From Candidatus Limnocylindria bacterium (lineage in GTDB: Bacteria > Chloroflexota > Limnocylindria > QHBO01), in NCBI GenBank assembly GCA_035709505.1, contig DASTEQ010000184.1, forward strand, positions 1 to 45,731: DNA of 45,731 nucleotides, written 5' to 3'. The position numbers and the translations under genes are program-made. The notes beneath the pieces were generated by a model. It made no database searches. It saw only the letters and a program-made list of their open reading frames with translations, and had not been told where the DNA came from. Of the stretch, positions 36,325 to 44,590 are shown piece after piece (position 1 is the first letter of the stretch; each line of letters begins with the position of its first letter).

Positions 36325-36930
36325 ATCGCCAATAAGACTGGACGCGAGTACCGCAGCCAGCTGCGCGAGGAGCAGGCCGAGGAGACGCGGAACCGAATCC
36401 TCGAAGCGACCCTCCGGGTGATGGCGGCAGGTATCACAAGCGTCTCGGTGCCTGCCGTCGCTCGGGAGGCGGGCGTGTCGGTCCCGACGGTCTATCGCCA
36501 TTTCGGCACGAAACGCGACCTCCTGTCAGCGGTCTACCCGTACCTCTCGATGCGCACCGGCCTGCGCGATCTGATCGTTCCCGAAACGATCGAGGAGTTC
36601 CGAGACATGGTGCACACCATGTTCGGACGCCTGGAATCCCTCGGCGGTGTGGCGCGAGCGGCAATGACGAGTGCAGCCTCCGACGAACCGCGGCGCATGC
36701 AGATGCCCGAGCGCAAGGCGATGACCCGGCGGTTCGTGGCGGGGGTCATGCCGCACGGCACCGCGACCGAGCAGGATCGGCTGGCCCGGGTGCTGCTCGT
36801 GCTGGCCAGCTCGTCGGCGATGCGGATGTGGCGCGAGCAGATCGGCTCTTCAGTTGACGAGGCGGCCGATGACATCGACTGGGTGCTCCGCACCCTCGTT
36901 GCCTCAACGGGTGATAAGAAGAACCGATGA
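36316..36930 (+). CDS. TetR/AcrR family transcriptional regulator
   Basis: The N-terminal HTH is …TRNRILEATLRVMAAGITSVSVPAVAREAGVSVPTVYRHFGTKRDLL. The size is about 200 aa. Confidence 0.85.
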   Translation: MTRIANKTGREYRSQLREEQAEETRNRILEATLRVMAAGITSVSVPAVAREAGVSVPTVYRHFGTKRDLLSAVYPYLSMRTGLRDLIVPETIEEFRDMVHTMFGRLESLGGVARAAMTSAASDEPRRMQMPERKAMTRRFVAGVMPHGTATEQDRLARVLLVLASSSAMRMWREQIGSSVDEAADDIDWVLRTLVASTGDKKNR

Positions 36931-39134
36931 CCACATCGGCCGCGACCCCGAAGGCAGCGACAGCCCGGCGGCTCGACGACATCCGGCTGACCGATGCAGC
37001 AGAGGTGGGCGCCAAGGCCGCCAGCCTGGGCGAGCTCATGGCGAGTGGCGTCCGTGTACCTCCGGGCGTGGTCCTGCCCGTCGGAGCGGCGGAGCTGACC
37101 GCTGACGATCGAACTTCGCTCCTGCGGGACGGCGTAGCCGAACTGGGGAAGGGTCCATTTGCCGTTCGCTCGAGCGGGATCGCCGAGGACGGCGCAGATC
37201 ATTCGTATGCGGGGATCTACGAATCGATCCTTGATGTCTCGCTCGACGACCTGGCGGCCGCCACCGAACGCGTTCTGGCGAGCGCCAGCGACTCGAGGGC
37301 CGCCGTATACGGTGCTGGCCGAGCCAGCCGTGAGCGGCTGGCGGTGATCGTCCAGCAGATGATTCAACCGGCCGCCGCCGGGGTCGCCCTCACCGCCGAT
37401 CCGATCAGTGGGGATCGATCGCTGTCCGTGGTGACCGCGGTCCGCGGAACGGGGGATCGACTTGTCTCAGGCGCATCCATCGGCGACGAATGGGCGGTGC
37501 GCGACGGCAGGGCGACTGCTCGGCGCCGTCCCGAGGATGCCATCACCCAGGCGCAGGCCGTGCAAGTCGCGCGTGAGGCCCGTCGCATCGCCTCCGACCG
37601 CGGCGTCCCCCAGGACATCGAGTGGGCCATCGACACCGAAGGCACCCTGTGGATTCTCCAGGCGAGGCCAATGACCGCGCTGCCGCCCGAGGTGTCATGG
37701 GAATCCCCGGCGCGTGGTGCCTACACCCGCCAGCTGCGTTTCGGGGAGTGGATCGCTGAGCCCGTCACTCCCCTGTTCGAGTCGTGGCTGCTCATCCGGT
37801 TGGAGGAGGCGCTCCACGCCAAGCTGAGGGCAGAAATCGGTCAACACGCACCGCTGCCCCACCACGTCATCGTGAACGGCTGGTACTTCTACTCGCTGAA
37901 CTGGTTCTCCGCCTCGTCCCTCGCGCGGAGCCTGCCCAGCATGCTGGCTCACCTCCTCCGCGAGCCCCGCAAGCTGGCCGGCGTCATGCCACTCACGGTG
38001 CGCTTCAGCGTGCCGCTCATGGAGCGCACCTGGCGCGAGGACGTTCAGCCCCGATACCGCGCCGAGATCGCTGAGGCGAATGCCCAGGTGGAGTCCATTC
38101 CCGTAGCCGAGCTGCCGGGGTTCATCGACCGGCTGGCGGACCTGGCCGGGGAGTATTTCATGTGGATTGCCGCACTGGCAGGCGCCGCCTACAAGATGGA
38201 AATCAACCTCGCCCTTTCCTATCGCCGCTCCGTGGCGCCGATCCTCGGCGGCAGTCACCTCCCACTGCTCAGCGGCTTCGAGGCTCCCGGCGAGCCGGGC
38301 CGCCACGCGGTCGCGTCAATCGACTGGTGGTATCCAGTGGCCCCAGAGCTCGGGTCGGCGACGCGACCGGCCGAGGAGCATGCCCGCCTGGTGGCGACCC
38401 GCAAGGCTGCCGAGGGAGCTGCCTTCGCCGTCCTCGCTTCCTCGCCCAGGCGACTCCGCGCTTTCCAGGAGCTCCTCACTCAGACCCAGCACCTGGTCCC
38501 GCTGCGCGAGGAACAAACCGCCGAGTGGACGATGCCCTGGCCAGCCATGCGGCAAGCCGTGCTGCGAATCGGTCAAGCATTGGCCGACCGGGGCGTGATC
38601 GCCCAGCCCGAGGACGTCTTCTTCCTGACTCGCACCGAGGCTCTCGCGGCACTCGACGGCAAGGCCGTGCGAAGCGTCGACGTTGGGGCCCGCCGGTCGC
38701 TGCGCGACGAGCAGGCCCGGCTCGTCCCGCCACTGCGGCTCGGCAAGGTGAACCGCGTCCTGAAGATGATGTGGAGCACCTACCCTCGCTGGCTTGGAGC
38801 GGTGCCATCGGATGGTGCGCTGGTGACGGGCAGTCCCGCCTCTCCAGGCCGTGCGACGGGGCCGGTCCGGATCATCCGCGGGCCCAGCGAATTCGACCAG
38901 CTTCAACAGGGTGATGTGCTGGTGGCGCCGCTCACCGCCCCGGCATGGACTCCGTTGTTCACTCGGGCCGCCGCCGTTGTTACCGATGTCGGCAGCCCCG
39001 CCGCGCACGCGTCGATCATCGCTCGCGAGTACGGCATCCCGGCCGTTGTCGGTTGCGGCGACGCCACCGCACGCCTGCGGACCGGGATGGTGGTTACCGT
39101 GGATGGCGCGACGGGAAACGTCGAGCTCGCCTGA
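36927..39134 (+). CDS. PEP-utilising phosphotransferase (N-terminal PPDK-type ATP-grasp, C-terminal swivelling phospho-histidine domain; rifampicin-phosphotransferase-like architecture)
   Basis: The start makes an ATGA overlap with the TetR stop. The N-terminus contains VGAKAASLGEL…GVRVPPGVVL, FAVRSSGIAEDGADHSYAGIYES and DIEWAIDTEGTLWILQARPMT. The C-terminus contains GSPASPGRATGPVRII…GDVLVAPLTAPAWTPLF…AVVTDVGSPAAHASIIAREYGIPAVVG. No PEP/pyruvate TIM barrel is present. Confidence 0.8.
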   Translation: MTTSAATPKAATARRLDDIRLTDAAEVGAKAASLGELMASGVRVPPGVVLPVGAAELTADDRTSLLRDGVAELGKGPFAVRSSGIAEDGADHSYAGIYESILDVSLDDLAAATERVLASASDSRAAVYGAGRASRERLAVIVQQMIQPAAAGVALTADPISGDRSLSVVTAVRGTGDRLVSGASIGDEWAVRDGRATARRRPEDAITQAQAVQVAREARRIASDRGVPQDIEWAIDTEGTLWILQARPMTALPPEVSWESPARGAYTRQLRFGEWIAEPVTPLFESWLLIRLEEALHAKLRAEIGQHAPLPHHVIVNGWYFYSLNWFSASSLARSLPSMLAHLLREPRKLAGVMPLTVRFSVPLMERTWREDVQPRYRAEIAEANAQVESIPVAELPGFIDRLADLAGEYFMWIAALAGAAYKMEINLALSYRRSVAPILGGSHLPLLSGFEAPGEPGRHAVASIDWWYPVAPELGSATRPAEEHARLVATRKAAEGAAFAVLASSPRRLRAFQELLTQTQHLVPLREEQTAEWTMPWPAMRQAVLRIGQALADRGVIAQPEDVFFLTRTEALAALDGKAVRSVDVGARRSLRDEQARLVPPLRLGKVNRVLKMMWSTYPRWLGAVPSDGALVTGSPASPGRATGPVRIIRGPSEFDQLQQGDVLVAPLTAPAWTPLFTRAAAVVTDVGSPAAHASIIAREYGIPAVVGCGDATARLRTGMVVTVDGATGNVELA

Positions 39135-39278
39135 GGCCGCCCCTTGTCGGTGGCCGATACAACCTTGACGAGGTGGACGCTGACGACCTGAGGCGTCCGA
39201 TCGCAGCCGCTCCCGCGGGGCGCTCATTCGCGGACCGAGGGTCGGGCCACGTCGCTCCCGGGGTACGCTTGAGCAGCG

Positions 39279-40061
39279 ATGCCTGACGAGCTGCTTGTCG
39301 TCGTGGTCAGCAGCGGTGCGGCTGCCGTCGCCTCGGTTGCCGGAGGAGTCATCGCCCTCCTGCACAGGACCTCGACCCTGATTACGTCTCTCGCATTCGG
39401 CTTTGCGGCGGGCGCGCTGGCCGGGACCGTCACCCTGGAGATGATCCCGACCGCACTCGACCTCGGGACGCTGGCGATCGTCGTCACCTGCTTTGCGGCC
39501 GGCATGATCGGGCTGTACGCCTTCGACCTTGTCGTGCACCACGGATGGATTGCCGGAGAGCACGCCGACCAGAGGCGCATCGTCCGGCGATACCAGCGCC
39601 GCAAGTCCGGATCGAATGTCGTCGTCCTCGCCGGCGGGACGAGCCTCGAGGAGATCGTCGAGGGGCTGGCGATCGGGGTCGGAGCTGCCATCGAGCCTGG
39701 GCTCGCGTTGGTCGTCGCCCTGGCCATCGGTATCGACAATCTGAGCGAGGGGATCAGCGTGGGCGAGCTCATCCGTGACGAGACGCCCGACCGTGGTCGC
39801 GCACTCCCTCGCGTGCTGGCCTGGACGGGAACGATCGGCCTCGCCCTCTTCGCTTCGAGCCTCGTTGGGTGGCTCCTGCTTCGCGATATCCCTGACCAGG
39901 TCCTCTCCGGCCTCCTCGCGGGCGGTGCCGGCGCGATGTTCTACCTGACCCTGAGCAGCCTGGTGCCGGAGGGGGAGGCGCGCGAGTACCAGCGCTCGGC
40001 GACGCTGGCCAGCGGCGTATCGTTCGCGCTCATCCTCGTGCTCTCCGCGCTCCGAGCCTGA
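39279..40061 (+). CDS. ZIP (ZupT-like) family divalent metal transporter
   Basis: The protein is multi-TM, with a cytoplasmic loop rich in His/Arg/Gln (HHGWIAGEHADQRR…). The signature helix is EGLAIGVG…ALAIGIDNLSEGISVG. Confidence 0.75.
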   Translation: MPDELLVVVVSSGAAAVASVAGGVIALLHRTSTLITSLAFGFAAGALAGTVTLEMIPTALDLGTLAIVVTCFAAGMIGLYAFDLVVHHGWIAGEHADQRRIVRRYQRRKSGSNVVVLAGGTSLEEIVEGLAIGVGAAIEPGLALVVALAIGIDNLSEGISVGELIRDETPDRGRALPRVLAWTGTIGLALFASSLVGWLLLRDIPDQVLSGLLAGGAGAMFYLTLSSLVPEGEAREYQRSATLASGVSFALILVLSALRA

Positions 40062-40178
40062 TGGGCCGGGTGCCCCGCGGGAATACGCCGATCGGCTCTA
40101 GGCAAACGGCCCTCCAGGGTTTCTGCTGACCACGGCGTGCACCCCATGGCGCTGGTGTGCGCGGAAGGAGAGGCACTG

Positions 40179-40664
40179 ATGCCGTACGACATCACCGTCG
40201 CCGATGTGGCGACCCGCAAGGTCCTGTCCAAGCGAGCCGAGGTGCCGATCGACGCGATCGGCCCCACGGTCCAGGGCGCCCTGCGCGAAATCTACGAATA
40301 CCTCGCGCGCTCGAGCGGGGCCCCAACCGGAGAGCCATTCGTGATCTACCACTCGCGGCCGACGATGACCGCGGGCTGGCAGATCGAGGTCTGCGCCCCG
40401 ATATCGCGGGATCTTCCGGCTCCTCCGGGCTGGTCGGTCCGCGAGGTCCCGGGCGGCAGCGTGGCCACGACGCTCCACGTCGGCCCCTACCAAAGCCTGG
40501 GACTGGCGTACGAAGAGATCGAGCGGTTCATTCGGACGCACGAGCTGGACGTTGCCGGCCCGCCGCGGGAGATCTACCTGAGCGGACCTGAGGTCCCTGC
40601 GAGCGAAACGAAGACCCGGATCGAGTTTCCCGTCTCGAGAGTCCCGCTGGTCGTCCGGGGCTGA
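40179..40664 (+). CDS. GyrI-like small-molecule-binding domain protein
   Basis: ATG 40179 is preceded by AAGGAGAG. The product is about 160 aa with duplicated beta-alpha-beta-beta halves (…GEPFVIYHS…EVCAPI… / …VATTLHVGPYQSLGLAYEEIERFI…GPPREIYL…) typical of SbmC/GyrI/AraC-effector domains. Confidence 0.7.
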   Translation: MPYDITVADVATRKVLSKRAEVPIDAIGPTVQGALREIYEYLARSSGAPTGEPFVIYHSRPTMTAGWQIEVCAPISRDLPAPPGWSVREVPGGSVATTLHVGPYQSLGLAYEEIERFIRTHELDVAGPPREIYLSGPEVPASETKTRIEFPVSRVPLVVRG

Positions 40665-40847
40665 TCCAACCCGTCGGGGCGGGCCGGCCTCCGTGTGCTC
40701 CGACCCCAGCCGGCCGCAAGCCAGGGAGGCCGATAGCGGCAGGACGCGACCCTGTCATGCAACTGCAAGGCCGGGCGCACAGGCCGTTGCCCGATTCCGG
40801 CCTGCCGACGGGATACCGTTTGTCTTCGGGATTGGAGGATCACCACC

Positions 40848-41030
40848 ATGTGTCTGACCTGTGGCTGCATGCAGGCCCATCTCGAGATGGGCGAGCACAA
40901 CATTCGCTACGAGGACATCGAGGCCGCGGCCGAGGAGAACGGAAACTCGGTGGCGGAGACGCTGGACATCATGGAGCGGACGAAGGCCATCGACCGCGGC
41001 GATCACCCGAAGGAGTACGAGGCCGCCTAG
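40848..41030 (+). CDS. Small (60 aa) CxxCxC-motif protein, possible metal-binding
   Basis: A strong SD sequence, GGAGGA (40834-40839), lies 8 nt before the ATG. The N-terminus is MCLTCGCMQAHLEMGEH, followed by an acidic helical remainder. Codon usage is in line with its neighbours. Confidence 0.6.
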   Translation: MCLTCGCMQAHLEMGEHNIRYEDIEAAAEENGNSVAETLDIMERTKAIDRGDHPKEYEAA

Positions 41031-41059
41031 CTCTCGCAGGGGTCTGCCGAGCGGAAGCC

Positions 41060-41065
41060 TATAAT
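41060..41065 (+). promoter_or_regulatory. Perfect TATAAT -10 hexamer upstream of tRNA-Asn
   Basis: TATAAT lies 10 nt upstream of the mature tRNA 5' end. No good -35 element was seen. Confidence 0.4.
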
Positions 41066-41075
41066 CCGCCGGCGT

Positions 41076-41150
41076 TCCGGCGTAGCTCAGTGGTAGAGCG
41101 GGCGGCTGTTAACCGCTTGGTCGTAGGTTCGAATCCTACCGCCGGAGCCA
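41076..41150 (+). tRNA. tRNA-Asn (anticodon GTT), CCA encoded
   Basis: A manual cloverleaf fold works. The acceptor stem is TCCGGCG/CGCCGGA and the D-arm is GCTC-AGTGGTA-GAGC. The anticodon stem is GGCGG/CCGCT with loop CTGTTAA. The T-arm is GTAGG-TTCGAAT-CCTAC, followed by discriminator G and CCA. Confidence 0.93.
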
Positions 41151-41254
41151 CTCTCACGATCGAATCGGCCAGTTTCGGCCGTTCTGGCCAGTCTTGGCCG
41201 CCCGAATCCGGGCCCAGCGGTTGACCGAAGCGGCATCTCCCTTTGAGCCCCGTC

Positions 41255-41303
41255 TTGCATTCGGGACGAGTTGCCGTATATACTGAACCATATGGTTCAG
41301 TAT
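41255..41303 (+). promoter_or_regulatory. Promoter and 24-bp perfect palindromic operator of the ArsR gene
   Basis: TTGCAT (41255-41260) and TATACT (41279-41284) are separated by 18 nt. The palindrome ATACTGAACCAT|ATGGTTCAGTAT (41280-41303) is centred on the ATG at 41292, which implies a leaderless, autoregulated transcript. Confidence 0.6.
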
Positions 41304-41657
41304 GCGAGGGGCCGACTCGATGCCTCGTTCTCCGCGCTCTCGGACGTCACCCGACGCGGTGTTCTGGAGCAGCTCGGACGTGCCGACGCTTCGATCACGG
41401 ACCTCGCCGATACGTTCCATATGACCCTAACGGGCATGAAGAAGCACGTCGGCGTCTTGGAGCGGGCCGAGCTCGTCACCACGGAGAAGGTCGGACGCGT
41501 GCGGACCTGCCGGCTTGGCCCGCGCCGACTCGAGGACGAGACGGCATGGATCGAGCGGTACCGCCAGCTCTGGGACGCACGCTTCGACGAGCTGGACAAG
41601 GTTGTCGAGGAAGTGATACGGAAGGAGAAGGTTGATGGACGCAAGAAGAGAGAGTGA
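41292..41657 (+). CDS. ArsR/SmtB family transcriptional regulator
   Basis: The winged HTH is LSDVTRRGVLEQLGRADASITDLADTFHMTLTGMKKHVGVLERAELVTTEKVGRVRTCRL. The listed TTG 41271 is an alternative start. Confidence 0.85.
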   Translation: MVQYARGRLDASFSALSDVTRRGVLEQLGRADASITDLADTFHMTLTGMKKHVGVLERAELVTTEKVGRVRTCRLGPRRLEDETAWIERYRQLWDARFDELDKVVEEVIRKEKVDGRKKRE

Positions 41658-42147
41658 GCCTACGCCCAAGACGAACCGCACGACGGTGGAGCGGAAGTCC
41701 GTGCGTGAGCTCGTCGTTACCCGAACCTTCAACGGCCCGGCCCGCATCGTGTTCGAAGCGTGGACCACGCCCGAGCTGTTCAGGCAGTGGTGGGTGCCGA
41801 AGTCGATGGGCATGTCCCTGCGTTCATGTGAGATGGATGTTCGTGTCGGGGGCAAGTACCGTCTCGAGTTCGAACCGGATGCGATGGCGTTTTTCGGCAC
41901 GTACCTCGAAGTGACACCGCACTCGCGCCTCGTGTGGACCAATGAGGAAGGTGGTGAGGGTGGGCCCGTCACCACCGTGACATTCGAGGAAAAGGGTGGC
42001 AAGACGCTGCTGGTCATGCACGAGCTCCATGCCTCGAAGGAAGCTCTCGACGCTGCCGGCACCGGGGCGGCGGATGCATTGGTCGAGACGTTCGCGCAAC
42101 TGGACGAGCTTCTCGTCACCCTGGGCGCGAGCGTGGGACAGCCATGA
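41635..42147 (+). CDS. SRPBCC protein of the Aha1/BPI-like (AHSA1) subgroup
   Basis: ATG 41635 is preceded by GAAGGAG (41621-41627). The product contains LVVTRTFNGPARIVFEAWTTPELFRQWW…GGKYRLEF…FFGTYLEVTPHSRLVWT. The ArsR + AHSA1 pairing is very common. Confidence 0.8.
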   Translation: MDARRESEPTPKTNRTTVERKSVRELVVTRTFNGPARIVFEAWTTPELFRQWWVPKSMGMSLRSCEMDVRVGGKYRLEFEPDAMAFFGTYLEVTPHSRLVWTNEEGGEGGPVTTVTFEEKGGKTLLVMHELHASKEALDAAGTGAADALVETFAQLDELLVTLGASVGQP

Positions 42148-42217
42148 AGTCGTCGAGGATGCGTGCCACGACCGACGACGCCGGAGCCAGCTGCACTCCG
42201 GACCGCGCCTGAGCGAC

Positions 42218-44590
42218 CTAGCCCGCCGCGACCGGCTCCTCGACCCGCCGCCGGAGATGCTCGCCCGTGAGCGAGCCCTTGGCGCGGATCAGCTCGGTCG
42301 GTGGCCCCTCGAAGATCACCCGCCCGCCGTCATGTCCCGCGCCGGGCCCCATGTCGATGACCCAGTCCGCTCGTGCCACGACGTCGAGGTTGTGCTCGAT
42401 GACGATCACCGTGCGGCCCGACTCCACCAGCCGGTCCAGGAGGCCGATGAGGTTGTCGACGTCCTGCATGTGGAGGCCGGTCGTCGGCTCGTCGAGGACG
42501 TAGACCTCGCTCTCGCCGGACATCTCGATCGCCAGCTTCAGCCGCTGGCGCTCACCGCCTGACAGCGTGTTCAGCATCTGGCCGAGAGAGACGTAGCCGA
42601 GGCCAACATCGACCAGCCGCTCCAGCATGACGCGGACGGGCTTCTCGGTGAAGAAGCCGGCCGCCTCCTCGACCGACAGGTCGAGAACCTCGGCGATGTT
42701 CTTGCCCCGAAGCTGATAACCGAGCACCTCGTCGTTGAATCGCCGCCCCTCGCACACCTCGCAGACGCTGGCCACTCCCGCCATGAACGCGAGATCCATG
42801 TAGACCATCCCGAGGCCGTTGCAGTTCGGGCACGCCCCCTCGGAGTTCGCGCTGAACAGCGCGGGCTTCACCTTGTTTGCCGATGCGAAGGCCTTGCGGA
42901 TCGGATCCAGGATGCCGGTGTAGGTCGCCGGGTTCGATCGACGGGAGCCGCGAATTGCGGACTGGTCGACCAGCGTGACCGATGGATCGGTTCGCGGCAG
43001 GCAGCCATGGATGAGCGAGCTCTTGCCGGAGCCGGCGACACCGGTAACCGCGACGAGCACCCCGGTCGGCACGTCGACCGAGACGTCCTGGAGGTTGTGC
43101 AGGCTGGCGTTGCGGATCGGGATATGGCCGGTCGGCGTCCGCACCGCGTCCTTGACGGCCTGGCGTACCTCGAGATGCTCGCCGGTGGCCGTCCCGGACG
43201 CGCGCAGGCCCGCGAACGTGCCCTCGTACACGATCTCTCCGCCGTGGACCCCCGCGCCGGGACCCATGTCGACGACGTGATCGGCGATCCGGATGACATC
43301 CGGCTCGTGCTCGACGACGAGCACCGTGTTGCCCTTGTCCCGGAGCTGCCGGAGAAGGCCGTTCATCTGCTGCACGTCATGGGCGTGGAGGCCAATGGTC
43401 GGCTCGTCGAAGACGTAGGTCACATCGGTCAGGCTCGATCCGAGCTGGCGGACCATCCTCGTCCGCTGCGCTTCACCACCGGACAGCGTGGACGACGCCC
43501 GCTCGAGACTCAGGTAGCCGAGACCGATCTCGACGAAGTGGTCGAGGATAGCGCCCAGCTGGGCGAGCATCGGACCCGCGCCAGGCGCGTCGATTCCGTG
43601 GATGAACTCGCGGAGGTCGCTGATCTGCATGGCGGCGCAGTCGGCAATGGATTCGCCGTTGATCCGTGACGAGCGCGCCTGGGCGTTCAGCCGCGTGCCT
43701 CCGCACGACGGGCAGGGGCCGGAGGAAGAGATGCGCTCGACGGCCGCCCGGATGTGCGGCTGCAGAGAGTCCTCATCCTTCACCAGGTACGCGCGGCGGA
43801 TCCGGTCGACGAGACCCTGGTAGGTCAGGTTGATGCCCTGGATCTTGACCTTCGTGTCCGGCCCGTACAGGAACCGTTCGAGCTCGGCCTTGGTGAAGTC
43901 CCGAACCGGCTTGTCCGGGTCGAAGAACCCCGATTCCGCGTAGGCCCGAACCGCCCAGCCGCCTGGCGAAAAGCCGGGGAACGTGATCGCGCCCTCGTTC
44001 AGGCTCTTGTCCCGGTCGACCAGAGCATTGACGTTCACGCTCGACATCCGGCCCAGGCCCTCGCACTCGGGACACATCCCGCCGTAGATCGGATGCTCCT
44101 GGTACTCCGGCTCGGCTCGCCCGCGCTCGAGGGTGACCTCCCCGGCGACCGAGCCGGCTGGGAGGTTGAACGAGAACGCACTGGCCGGCCCGACGTACGG
44201 CTTCCCGAGGCGGCTGTAGATCACACGGAGCATGGCGTGTGCGTCGGTGGCGGTGCCGACGGTCGACCGCGGGTTGGCGCCGATCCGCTCCTGGTCGACG
44301 AGGATCGCCGCCGTCAGCCCTTCGAGCGAGTCGACGTCTGGTCGCGCGGGGGTCGCCATGAAGCCCTGGACGAACGCGGTATACGTCTCGTTGATGAGGC
44401 GGCGGGACTCGGCCGCGATCGTCTCGAAGACGAGGGAGCTCTTGCCGGACCCGGACACGCCCGTGAACACCGTGAGGCGCCGCTTCGGGATGTCGAGGCT
44501 GACCTCCCGCAGGTTGTTCTCGCGAGCGCCGCGGACCTCGATCGCGCCCCAGGCGGCCCCCTCCTCGTCGAGCCGCGACGCGCCGCTCAG
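42218..44590 (-). CDS. UvrA paralogue lacking the UvrB-binding domain (class II / UvrA2, DrrC-like ABC ATPase)
   Basis: There are two ABC halves, with Walker A motifs GVSGSGKSS and GVAGSGKSS, LSGGE signatures and CxxC zinc modules. My own translation upstream of the listed GTG 44470 continues in frame with the conserved UvrA N-terminus IEVRGARENNLREVSLDIPKRRLTV. The 5' end is therefore placed at a CTG (44590-44588) that overlaps the VOC stop. The start is unresolved. Confidence 0.8.
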   Translation of the reverse strand: MSGASRLDEEGAAWGAIEVRGARENNLREVSLDIPKRRLTVFTGVSGSGKSSLVFETIAAESRRLINETYTAFVQGFMATPARPDVDSLEGLTAAILVDQERIGANPRSTVGTATDAHAMLRVIYSRLGKPYVGPASAFSFNLPAGSVAGEVTLERGRAEPEYQEHPIYGGMCPECEGLGRMSSVNVNALVDRDKSLNEGAITFPGFSPGGWAVRAYAESGFFDPDKPVRDFTKAELERFLYGPDTKVKIQGINLTYQGLVDRIRRAYLVKDEDSLQPHIRAAVERISSSGPCPSCGGTRLNAQARSSRINGESIADCAAMQISDLREFIHGIDAPGAGPMLAQLGAILDHFVEIGLGYLSLERASSTLSGGEAQRTRMVRQLGSSLTDVTYVFDEPTIGLHAHDVQQMNGLLRQLRDKGNTVLVVEHEPDVIRIADHVVDMGPGAGVHGGEIVYEGTFAGLRASGTATGEHLEVRQAVKDAVRTPTGHIPIRNASLHNLQDVSVDVPTGVLVAVTGVAGSGKSSLIHGCLPRTDPSVTLVDQSAIRGSRRSNPATYTGILDPIRKAFASANKVKPALFSANSEGACPNCNGLGMVYMDLAFMAGVASVCEVCEGRRFNDEVLGYQLRGKNIAEVLDLSVEEAAGFFTEKPVRVMLERLVDVGLGYVSLGQMLNTLSGGERQRLKLAIEMSGESEVYVLDEPTTGLHMQDVDNLIGLLDRLVESGRTVIVIEHNLDVVARADWVIDMGPGAGHDGGRVIFEGPPTELIRAKGSLTGEHLRRRVEEPVAAG

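Noticed and set aside
38316-39563. 415-aa minus-strand ORF
   Set aside because: It is antisense to the PEP-utilising enzyme and runs through an intergenic region into the ZIP gene. It has no motifs.
40740-40830. Calling the leader of the CxxCxC gene a NiCo (czcD) riboswitch
   Set aside because: The only support is vague resemblance of short GC-rich strings to what I recall of the consensus. I cannot reconstruct the four-way junction by eye. It is reported only as an unclassified structured leader that needs an Infernal scan.
41151-41270. Integration (att) scar downstream of tRNA-Asn; GGCCAGT occurs twice at about 41169-41200
   Set aside because: No copy of the tRNA 3' end was found elsewhere in the window, and there is no integrase. 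The short GGCC-containing repeats are expected by chance at this GC content.
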